Virus record (IMG/VR): IMGVR_UViG_3300029288_000057
Location: 1-64,000 of that record
Source of the DNA: a virus
Taxonomy: Duplodnaviria; Caudoviricetes
Direction: 5' to 3' (one strand)
DNA length: 64,000 nucleotides
In this document: positions 47,139 through 56,777 of the stretch, piece after piece
How the letters are laid out: every line of letters begins with the position of its first letter
Position numbering within the stretch: the stretch's first letter is position 1
Position numbers and translations under genes: made by a program
The notes under the pieces: model-generated
The model's input: only the letters and a program-made list of their open reading frames with translations
What the model was told of the DNA's origin: nothing
The model's database searches: none

Positions 47139-47810
47139 TTATGCTTCCTCCAGTTCAGCGTTTTCTTTTACGCTCTTCTTTTTGTTATTTACGGGAAGAG
47201 CGATATCTGCTTTGACAAACTCCTCTCTTAAGATTTGTTTAGCTCTGAATAAGAAAGCTTTGACAGTCCCAATGGGTTTACCAGTTTCTTGACTGATTTC
47301 TTCGTAAGACATTCCGCCAAAGAATCTCATCTTTATGACTTCCGCCAATTCTTTATTTTCCATTGCATTGATGATATTGTTTATTCTTCTGTTCTTTTCG
47401 ACGGTCAGCATTTTGTCTTCGGGAGTTCCGTCCGCATCAGCGACTTCAAATTCAACGGTGTGATTTTCGTCATCGGTGATTGCCAAATCAGAGATAAGCA
47501 AACAGTCATCCTTTTTCTTTCTCAAATTGTCAATAAAGATGTGTTGGGTTAATTTAAATAACCACGTACTGAATGCAGAGACTTCCTCATTGTATTTATC
47601 CAAGTTATTATTCATCTTCACAAAAGCTTCGAGAACAAGTTCTTTCGCAGTCTCCTCATCTCTTCCGAGACTCCTGAAATGGAACAACATGGAATCGTGA
47701 TACTTTTTGTAGATAGCACTGAATGCCTCTTCGGATTTTCTTCCTGTTTTTGCTTTGATTGCCTCAACCAATTCTAAATCAGCCTTTGCACTTTTGCTCA
47801 TTTCTTTCAT
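47139..47810 (-). CDS. Phage-encoded ECF (sigma-70 group 4) sigma factor
   Basis: Region 2 AFSAIYKKY..AKELVLEAFVK..AFSTWLFKLTQHIFIDNLRKK; region 4 MRFFGGMSYEEIS..GKPIGTVKAFLFRAKQILR. Confidence 0.93.
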   Translation of the reverse strand: MKEMSKSAKADLELVEAIKAKTGRKSEEAFSAIYKKYHDSMLFHFRSLGRDEETAKELVLEAFVKMNNNLDKYNEEVSAFSTWLFKLTQHIFIDNLRKKKDDCLLISDLAITDDENHTVEFEVADADGTPEDKMLTVEKNRRINNIINAMENKELAEVIKMRFFGGMSYEEISQETGKPIGTVKAFLFRAKQILREEFVKADIALPVNNKKKSVKENAELEEA

Positions 47811-48601
47811 CTCTCTTTGTTTTTTTAATTATTCAAATATATAAAGTCTTCGTTTTAAAAAAGAGGGAACCCCGCTACTGCAGCAATGATTTTAACATCA
47901 ACTTAAATTCTTCCAACGAGCCGTTGAATCTTGAATTTAACCTGATTTCGTCAAGCATGATATCTTTCAAAACTTTGAGTTGTGCATCTTGGGCATTCTC
48001 TTTTGGGTAGGTTTTTTCAGGAAGCGGGATACATTTATTGATTGAGTAATCCACAATTAGACGTTCTCCGTCAACTACATTGTTAACAATGTTAATTTCA
48101 CCATGGTCACCAAATTCTTCACCTTCATAATCAACCACACCGTTCAGAACGTATCCTCTGGGGGCAAGAACTTTTGAGATAATATATTTAATCCACGGAA
48201 TATATTCACTAAATTTTTCTTCTTTATCCCACTCAATTCCCATTTTGTCTTTGGTTGGTCTCCACTGACACCAGAGACTAGGTTGAGTTGACGGTGGACA
48301 ATTTCCGTCGACAACGTCTTCAGAAAGACCATTGCTACCATTAACATAAAATTCTCCTTCTACTCCATACAAATGATGTACATTTCTTTTCATTCTGCGA
48401 GTTGTGCTGAGCTTTTTCAAAAACTCAAAAGTGTTTTCATCCAGTTCTTTGTTGAGTCCAAATTGTCCTCGAAATTCTATGTTGTATCCCATGATTATAA
48501 ATTTTTAATTTGACAAAAGTAATTTAATTTTATTTACTAAACAAATATATAAAGCAAATAAATAAAAAAGAGGGAAGAATCATTTTCTTCCCCTTCTTTT
48601 T

Positions 48602-49405
48602 TTATTTAAAAAGCTCAATAAGGCTTTCGGTGCTTTCACCTGCTTTGAGGCGGGACAGCAATTTGATAAAGAAATCACGGTGTACCGTTTTGACTTCATG
48701 TTCTTTCAGAGCTTCTTTTAATTCTTCCAGTCTTTTCATTGGAGAGAGAGATGCAATCTGTTTTATATTTTTCTTTGTAACTTTCTTTTTCTTTCCATCA
48801 GAAGCGATTGGGGCTTCAACAACAGCTTCCTGCAGTTTTACAATCAGCTCATCTTCATCCTTCACAACCTTTGAGAGTTCGACGGCGGTGTGGCCAGAGA
48901 CAGAACCGTCGGCAACGAGGTCACGGACTTTTTTGGGGAGAGAAGCGATACTGATACAATTGTTAATATGTGAGGGAGACTTCGCAACTTTCTTTGCAAT
49001 TTCTTTCACATCATAGCCTCTGTCGACCAACTGGGAGAATACGATTCCCTGTTCCAGACTGGAATAAGGTTTTCCATCATTCATAACAATCTGGTCAAAC
49101 AGACTGTTTTCAATTGAGTAGTTGGTGGGGGCAAGGAAACATTTAACCCCAGGGAAATCAACTCCACGGTTAATTAAAAGTTCGATTGCTTTCATTCTAC
49201 GTTTTCCTTGCATCAGGGTATACTGGTCTTCTCCTCTTACCTTCTTTACAAGAATTGGGATACGCAGTCCGACTTCTTCGATGGACTTTGATAGTTCAGT
49301 TATGTCGCCGAAATCAATACGGCCTTTATTTACTTCTTCGTCGATGACAATTTTGTCGAAGGGGACGAGGAATACTTCACCTGTTCTTTTGAGTCTGTCT
49401 TCCAT
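48602..49405 (-). CDS. ParB-like protein (ParB N-domain plus HTH)
   Basis: ITELSKSIEEVGLRIPILV..YTLMQGKRRMKA, SSLEQG, GYDVKEIAKKVAKSPSHI, G.VS.HTAVEL. Confidence 0.85.
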   Translation of the reverse strand: MEDRLKRTGEVFLVPFDKIVIDEEVNKGRIDFGDITELSKSIEEVGLRIPILVKKVRGEDQYTLMQGKRRMKAIELLINRGVDFPGVKCFLAPTNYSIENSLFDQIVMNDGKPYSSLEQGIVFSQLVDRGYDVKEIAKKVAKSPSHINNCISIASLPKKVRDLVADGSVSGHTAVELSKVVKDEDELIVKLQEAVVEAPIASDGKKKKVTKKNIKQIASLSPMKRLEELKEALKEHEVKTVHRDFFIKLLSRLKAGESTESLIELFK

Positions 49406-52025
49406 TGTTTTTGTTTTTTATGAATAAATGATTTTATTTGTTTTCTATTTTTCCTAAGAGTTGATTTATCAGAGATAGAATGCGTAGTATTTCATCGTCA
49501 TCTTTTGCATTACATCTTTCAAATTTGTTGCGAGCCATGCATATTTCATTCTGCAGAACAAGTTTTGAATTATTTTTAATACATTCTTTAATTTCTTCTG
49601 AATTTCTTGGCTTCATATTTTGTTATGCATTTTCATTGTTAATTTCAAACGTTTCGCTTCCGCAGAAGGGACATTTTTCATCTACGTGCTCATCAAAATA
49701 CTCTCCGCAGATGGTGCATTTATATTTCATGTCATCATTCAAGTTTTCCAGTTTGACGTCGGTTTCACAAACAAACTCTTCTTCTGTGATTAAGTATCCC
49801 AACCTGTTTACGAGATGGTATCCTGCGCTGTAATACATTCTCTCCTCAGCCTCTATGATTGTCCAAACTCTCTTGGGGTTCTCTTTTGCGAAATCAAGGA
49901 TATAATCGATTTCTGTTCCATAGGTCTCGAACATACATCCGCCAAAAGCGGCATTGTCATCAATGTGATTCTTTACAAAATTGAACTGTTCATGGAATTC
50001 GTCCTCTGTAAGTTCTAACAAAGTAACATCAACATCAAAAGATGAGTCGCATTTTGGGCAGGTTGTATGAAGTCCCAGTTCGTCGTTAAAGACTTTTGTG
50101 ACTTTGAATTCGTGTCCGCAATTTAAACATGAAGTTTTCATTTTTCTTTTTTTGGTTATTATGAATGTATAAAGAAAACTTTCTCAAAAAGAGGGAACTG
50201 TTTTTATATAACAGCGTAAGCCCCCAGGATTCGTCCCCCCTCGTCAATATGACATTCTACTTTTACCTCGAAGTTTACATCTCTCATTTCAGGGTCCTGA
50301 AGTTCATATTTGCCCACATTCAAAACCACAAAGGTGTTTTTATCCATCTTATAAGTATCAGGGAGTTTCATCACTTCCTTCTTATAAATGAATTCCTGGT
50401 TAAAGTCTTTTTGGAGGCGTGTGATGTATTTTGACGCTCGAATATAATATTCGGCAATACGCCGCACACTTTTAAAAATCTTTGATTCTTTTCTTTCTTC
50501 TAATTTAAAATACTGTGCCATTAAGTATAAATTTAAAAGGGAATTGGGATTTTATAATTTAATCCCCAACTCCTTTAAGTTTGTGTTTAAAATTCTTTCT
50601 CCTTTTTGTAATTGTGATTTTAGATTATCGTAGGCTCTTTGAATTAAAGCAATTGCTTCGTCTCCATAGGAGGTAACCATTTCTTTCATTGGAGTTCTAA
50701 AATCACACTGTAACCTGCAGCTTTTATCCGTTCCAACAATAACACTCTTTAAGCAATTCTTTTCAATTTTCTTTTGAAACTTTTTAATTGCTTGGAGGTT
50801 TACAGTTTCGTCGATTACATTTTCAGCTTGGCAATGCAGGTCAATCTTCTTTATGTCTTTCAAAAAGTCCCAACCATTCTCAAACATCAGCTGAGCCACT
50901 TTGTTGTCTGAAAGAAATTTCTCAAATTCTTTTTGGTGTGCGGGGGACAAATAAACAACATCGGTTTCACCTCTGTTGCCATCATCGCTAAAGTAGCCCA
51001 TTTTTTTGCCTTTAAGATAAAAATCGGCGTACATACCTGCTAGGTCGTGTCCAATGTCAAGTTTTACATTCTTTAATGTAACCTGCTCGACAATTTCTCT
51101 TCCTTTTTCTGTATCAAGAATTGATTTCATAATGGTATTATTTTGATTATATAAAGCGAATTTATTTGAAGGGGGGTTGTTATTTGTCTGTGTCAATAGA
51201 CCCGAAGGGACACTCTTCATCTTCTTCAATGCTTTCAATGTGGTCTCCAATTCCATCATTCAAAATTTGGTCAACACATTTCTTTCTTACATTGGTTGCA
51301 ATTGCATCCAATTCTTCTTCTTCTGAAAGATTATCTTCAACGATTACCCTTACCATTAAAGACACGCCTATAAGTTTTGCTATTTTTCCCATGATTTCTA
51401 TTTTTATGTTATAAAGCCATTCTTTTGAAAAAGAGGGAAATCCCTATTCTTCCTCTCTCATTTGTTTTCTCAGCAAGGAAACAATTTGCCTAATGGATTT
51501 TACAGGAACCGACACTTTGCCGAAACCGTTCAAGTCTGCTAATGAACCTGTAGGATATGGTTGGTTATTTCTTTCACCAGGTTCAATTTTGAGTTCACCA
51601 TTTTTCAGGTCTCCAGGGACAAAACTAAGCATAAGACACTTTTCTTTAAAATAGGGGAATACTGATACTCTGCAGCACAGACCCATAGGAATATATTTTT
51701 CATTCTCCTCAAATGTTAATTCGGGCATTCGTTTTTTAACTTCTTCTATTAATGGTTTTATCAGGTTTTCTGTCCAGTGGGGATAAGCTTTTTCTCTCTT
51801 TACTTTCAACCTTTCAATTTGTCTTTCTTTGAGTGCAATCTTTGCCTCTATGGCTGTTTGTGCTTTTTTCTTTTCGACAAAAAGATTCTGAATTTCTGTA
51901 AATTTTTCCATGACTTTAATTTTGGTATATAAAGCAAATTGTTTTAAAAAGAGGGAAATTTCACAAAATCTTAGGTTCAAATCTAATTTCCGCTTTTTTA
52001 GACTATTTATAGAAAAGATGAAATT

Positions 52026-53054
52026 ATGAATACATGTTTAAATTGCGGACAAGAAACAAATAACAAAAAATTTTGTTCTATTAAATGCCAAATGGAGTAT
52101 CAGAACAAAGAAAGATGTGATAAGAGGTTTGGGTTGTTTAAAAATTTTACAGTAAAATGTAATAAGTGCGAAAAAGAGCTTATAGTTAATGAAAGAGAAA
52201 AACTATTCCCACAAAAGGAAAAATATTATTGTGGGAGGGGTTGCGCTAATAGTAGAGTACATAATGACATTTCTAAAGAAAAAATTAGAAAAGCGCTAAC
52301 TAAAAACAATGTAGTCAAAATAATTTGTAAACAGTGCAGTGGGGAGTTTGAAGTTCCTTATAAAGAAAGAAAACAGCTGTTTTGTTCCAGAAGCTGTGCT
52401 GCTATATTTAAAGGTAACGTTATAAGAAACACAATAAAAAATAAACCAATAATTAAAATAAGAAAAGAAAAAGATATAAATAAAATTACGTTCATATACA
52501 GTTTAGAATATCCATTGGGGAATATACGATATATAGGAAAATCTGACCATCCAAAAGCCAGATTAAAAGACCACATTAAAGAAGCAAAACAAAGAAATAA
52601 AAGTCATAAAGATAAATGGTTAAATAGCTTAAGCGAGCTTCCAATACTGAACATTATTGAGGAAACTACATACGCCGATTGGCAAGCCAGGGAGATGTAT
52701 TGGATTAAATTTTATAAAGGCAAAGGATTTAATCTTGTTAATGGAACTGACGGAGGGGAAGGTAGTAATGGGTTTCTGGGGAAAACTCATACAATTGAAA
52801 ATAGAAAAAAGCTTGCAGAATGTAATAAAAATAGAATTATTTCACAAGAAACCAAAGATAAATTGAGTGGGGAAAACAGTGGAAGGTGTAAATTAAAGGA
52901 TGATGAGGTGAGAGATGTTTTTCATATGTTTTGTGACGAGCATAAAACTCGTAGGGAGATTGCTGATAAATATAATATTAATCCAAATTATATTAATCAA
53001 CTAATTTCAGGGAGAAAACGCAAAAATATATTTAATGAGTTTAACTCATTATAA
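52026..53054 (+). CDS. GIY-YIG homing endonuclease with N-terminal Zn-binding repeats and NUMOD3/HTH C-terminus
   Basis: FIYSLEYPLGNIRYIGKS..KARLKDH..AREMYWI..LVNGTDGGEG..LGKTHTIENRKKL; three CxxC..[FY]CxxxC repeats. Confidence 0.88.
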   Translation: MNTCLNCGQETNNKKFCSIKCQMEYQNKERCDKRFGLFKNFTVKCNKCEKELIVNEREKLFPQKEKYYCGRGCANSRVHNDISKEKIRKALTKNNVVKIICKQCSGEFEVPYKERKQLFCSRSCAAIFKGNVIRNTIKNKPIIKIRKEKDINKITFIYSLEYPLGNIRYIGKSDHPKARLKDHIKEAKQRNKSHKDKWLNSLSELPILNIIEETTYADWQAREMYWIKFYKGKGFNLVNGTDGGEGSNGFLGKTHTIENRKKLAECNKNRIISQETKDKLSGENSGRCKLKDDEVRDVFHMFCDEHKTRREIADKYNINPNYINQLISGRKRKNIFNEFNSL

Positions 53055-53066
53055 ATCAGTATATTG

Positions 53067-53140
53067 TCATGCTGGTGGGAATTGAACCCAACATTGCTGA
53101 TGTGAAAGACCAGATTCCTAACCATTTAGAAGACAGCACG
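53067..53140 (-). tRNA. tRNA-Glu (UUC), copy 2
   Basis: Acceptor CGTGCTG/CAGCATG; anticodon arm CTGGT-CTTTCAC-ATCAG; T-arm TGGG-TTCAATT-CCCA. Confidence 0.82.
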
Positions 53141-53143
53141 TTG

Positions 53144-53220
53144 TACCATGTATGGGACTCGAACCCATGACCTTTGCAGTGAAAGTGCAATGACTTACAA
53201 TCCATCTCGTCGAACATGGC
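53144..53220 (-). tRNA. tRNA-Glu (UUC), copy 1
   Basis: Acceptor GCCATGT/ACATGGT; anticodon arm TTGCA-CTTTCAC-TGCAA; T-arm ATGGG-TTCGAGT-CCCAT. Confidence 0.9.
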
Positions 53221-53221
53221 A

Positions 53222-53255
53222 TAAAAAAAGCGGGAGACTTTCGTATCCCGCTTCT
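53222..53255 (-). terminator. Intrinsic terminator immediately upstream of the tRNA-Glu pair (attenuator candidate)
   Basis: AAGCGGGAUAC-GAAA-GUCUCCCGCUUUUUUU; U-tract ends 2 nt before the tRNA 5' end. Confidence 0.85.
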
Positions 53256-53277
53256 AAGCTTTTTGTAAATTAACCTT

Positions 53278-53349
53278 TTACATAGTTTTGTCAGGGACAC
53301 AATTGTTGTGAACTTCCTCGCTTTCCTCTGTGTAAAAATTAATCTTCAT
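53278..53349 (-). CDS. Putative Glu-rich leader peptide (23 aa)
   Basis: MKINFYTEESEEVHNNCVPDKTM*; codons GAG GAA AGC GAG GAA; A-rich leader AATAAAATG. Confidence 0.6.
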   Translation of the reverse strand: MKINFYTEESEEVHNNCVPDKTM

Positions 53350-53374
53350 TTTATTCGTAACTTGTTAATTTGTA

Positions 53375-53445
53375 GTGCGGGAGCAGGAGTTGAACCTACA
53401 TATGCTGCTTATGAGACAGCCAATCTACCATTAATATATCCCGCA
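53375..53445 (-). tRNA. tRNA-Met (CAU), weak D-arm
   Basis: Acceptor TGCGGGA/TCCCGCA; anticodon arm GCTGT-CTCATAA-GCAGC; T-arm GTAGG-TTCAACT-CCTGC. Confidence 0.75.
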
Positions 53446-53936
53446 ATATATTGTATCTTTAAATAGTCAAAAAAAATCTTTTCTACGACTTTTATACGCA
53501 AATATACGAAAAAAGTTTCAATAAACGCAAGAAAAAAGCAAAATATTTTTAAAAAACCTTCTTAATATTTATCAATTTTCTTAACTCATACTGTGTTCCA
53601 TCAACAATAGTAATTAATCCCAATTGGTCTTTATATTCCACTTTTCCTTTAAGAGGCTTGCTGTTTACATCATTACAACAATCTTGAAACTCTATTGTGT
53701 CGCCTGGTTTAACAGTTGTATTTTTCACAAATTGTTTACGTATCACAACATTGTCGGGGTGATTTTCAATTTCTTCTTTTGTCATAGGCACTACTTTGTA
53801 CATAAAATCTGGTGTTTGCGTTGCCGCAAAGTCTTCACATTCTTGTTTTGTGCCATCAAAACAACCTTGCCCTTCATCTTCGTGATAGTGTAAGTCTAAT
53901 ACTTGATGTGTTTTCATACTCAAAATTTTTTAAAAT

Positions 53937-54215
53937 TTATTTTAACAGATAAATAACTGTTGTAACAGCTTTATTCGTCACCATCTGCTTGGCTTTTTTT
54001 ACGTTTTTGTTTACTTCCTTTTTTGCTTCTTTCTTTAAGTTCACTTTCTTTGCATCGGAAATAATCATAGAAGCATGTTCTTCGGTTATCTGTCCGTTTT
54101 TCACCAGTGCGTTTGCATTGGCTTTGCTTCTTTTAACGTAATTGTTTTGTTCAATCGTTGCACAACTGGCAAAGGCAAACATTGCAATGACTAATAGAAT
54201 AACTAACTTTTTCAT
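53937..54215 (-). CDS. Putative lipoprotein
   Basis: MKKLVILLVIAMFAFASC lipobox. Confidence 0.72.
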   Translation of the reverse strand: MKKLVILLVIAMFAFASCATIEQNNYVKRSKANANALVKNGQITEEHASMIISDAKKVNLKKEAKKEVNKNVKKAKQMVTNKAVTTVIYLLK

Positions 54216-55955
54216 CTTGTTTATTTTTTTAATTTATTATATAAAGACATCTGCTCAAAAAAGAAGGAAACTGTCTTTAATGTCCCCTCAATACACAATA
54301 CAATTCTTCTCCCTTAAAACCTCTTATCATTTCTCTGAGCAACGCAATTGCCATTTTGAATCTTCGGTATGGTTCAAGCTTGTTGTCAGTAACAATCGCT
54401 TCTAAAACTTCTTTTATGGGGACAAGTCGAAGGGGGGCGCCGTAGCAATCTGTTTTAATTTCAAATTCTTCATCACACTTTTTACAATATCCCTCATAGT
54501 AATAAGTGCGGGGGTACTTCTTGGCATTTCTCTTTTTTTGAATTCTTTCAATAAGCTTACCAAAATTGCCAGTATAAACTTTGGATAGTTCTAAGGAAGC
54601 AAGCTTTATAAAATAAGTCTTTACTCTTCTATGAGGCTCGTCAAGTTTCCTCCCAATCAATAATTCGGTTTCGTATCCCATGGCATTTAGTTATTTTGAG
54701 TTAATAATTTCGAGATATGCCTTTGCTTCTGTTTCGTTGTACATTGCATAGCGATTCATTTGTTTTCCTTTATATGGTTTCAAAGTTTCTTTGTCAACAA
54801 CTTTTCCTTCTTCATTTAAAAAATAGTAATAGGTTGCACAAACTGGCATTCCGCTGGGCAAAGATTTTGCATGATAAGGGATATACTGAGTAAATTGTAA
54901 TGTAAACTTTGCCATTGTTATAAATAATTAAGAGTTGAATATATAAAGGATGAGTTCAAAAAAGAGGGAGAGTTTTCACTCTCCGTCTTTTTAAGTATGC
55001 ACAAGGTTAAAAAACACTTCTGTATATCCTTTTGGTTTGCGAGGTTCAATAGAAATCAGGTGCCTTGCCCATGAACCAACCAGATTTTGGGGGTCTGTGC
55101 TTCTAAAGTCGCCGCCGCCCCGTCCGTTTTCCTCGCAAGTAAGCAGAGGTAGGGGGTGAATTTGCCAACCGCCTTTATTGGGTACTTTGCTTTTATCCAC
55201 AAACTGTTTTGTAGTATGGTTCACAATGTATTTAGCTTTAACAAGCTGTAAGGGGGGGGAGACTTTGAGTTTATCTTTACAGCGTTGGTAAACATTTGTT
55301 TTTAATCCTTTGTCTTCATCTGCATAGTCGCCTGCCCATACAACAATCTGTGGCTTTTGCAAAATCAGATTTTCAAATGCTCCAACAAATTTGTTTCCCA
55401 ACCATGAATGCTCCATGAGTTTTGCTCCACAGGTATAATCCCATGATTCCATAAACAATTCAACTGTTCTTTTGTTTTTTCCAAGAATACTTGGTTTATA
55501 ATATTGTCCCATGACTTCAATTTTTTGGTTAATAATTTATTATATAAAGCAAATTTTTTATAAAAGAGGGAGAGTTATTTTGCCAAGTTCATATCTAAAT
55601 CAAAATCAGCTTGGTTATTTTGAACCAGTTCAACTTTCAAATCGAATAATCTGTATTTGTCCGCAATGCTGAGAAAATAACCGTCATGTGCGGCAATAGC
55701 CAAATCTGCAAAGTTAAATTCTCCGCCTGAATATTCCCACATTCTTCTGCCATTTTCATTATAAGTTATATATGTGCTAATGGCGTGTTTAAGAGATTCC
55801 AAAAAAGCATCTGCATGAAGCTTTTCTTCATTTGAAATTGTCATAATAACAGTAATGGTTTTGTCGGCATTTTGCCCTCTTGCAATAAATCTGTTCATGG
55901 TTTTTGTTTTTGATTTATGAATATATAAAGCAAATGTTTTTAAAAAGAGGGAGAG

Positions 55956-56702
55956 TTATTTTTTGTTAATAATAAGAATCTTTCCGCCCACTTCTGTGCC
56001 GCTTTCTTTAAATTCTCCAGCGGGAATTGTTTCTGCATATGCAGTTACGTTAACCAACCAATCACGAAATTCTTTTTCTTTCCTGTTGTTTGATGTTTCC
56101 CAGTGTTTGGAAGTAATAGAAACTAACATGCCTCCTTTTTTTAACAGGCTATACATTTTCATTACATGGTCAATATCTTGGTTTTTTGAAAATGGGGGAT
56201 TAGCAATTATTCGGTCATAGTAACCTTCATATTGCTTTGGAATTTTCAAAAAGTCCTCACAAATAAAATGAACATTTGGATGTTTTGCTAATATATTTCC
56301 ATTAATGGCCATTATTTCGCAGCAGTCAACCCAAATAGTTGAAATCTTTCTTACAATAGCATCAACTATTGCGCCTTGCCCTGCTGATGGTTCTAATATT
56401 TTGTGTGAATTTTTTATATCTGCAATACTAACTAATTTATCAGCAAGTTTTTCGGGTGTTCCAAAAAATTGAAATTCTTTTTTTAAATTTCTATTTCCTC
56501 CCTTTGCAATTTGAGTGAGTAATTCTGTGGGGTCTTCCTGGAAAATAAATCCAGCTATTTTCCCACCTTTCCACTTTCCGCCGATTAATTTCAAAGATTC
56601 CGCAACATCCAAATATAGATTTCTATCAAGTTTACCATTTGGCAACTTGACAATTAATCCATCAACCGTACAAGCCTTTAAAATATCTTCTTTTGTTTTC
56701 AT
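55956..56702 (-). CDS. SAM-dependent N6-adenine methyltransferase
   Basis: QFFGTP, motif I ILEPSAGQGAI, motif IV IIANPPF, FKESGT. Confidence 0.88.
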   Translation of the reverse strand: MKTKEDILKACTVDGLIVKLPNGKLDRNLYLDVAESLKLIGGKWKGGKIAGFIFQEDPTELLTQIAKGGNRNLKKEFQFFGTPEKLADKLVSIADIKNSHKILEPSAGQGAIVDAIVRKISTIWVDCCEIMAINGNILAKHPNVHFICEDFLKIPKQYEGYYDRIIANPPFSKNQDIDHVMKMYSLLKKGGMLVSITSKHWETSNNRKEKEFRDWLVNVTAYAETIPAGEFKESGTEVGGKILIINKK

Positions 56703-56777
56703 CTTGGTAAATTATAAATATATAAAGCGAATTTATTTAAAAAGAGGGAGAGTTTCTCCCCCTGGTTCATATTTTCT

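Noticed and set aside
50552-51259. Track start at 51259
   Set aside because: Overlaps ORF 51180..51392 and spans a class-1 promoter (51148-51176); the real start is likely ATG at 51130 (MKSILD). Similar over-extensions affect 4383, 24242, 26578, 51444..51980, 57735..58091 and 61952..62218.
53118-53300. 60-aa ORF in the track
   Set aside because: Runs across a tRNA-Glu gene and the terminator; spurious.
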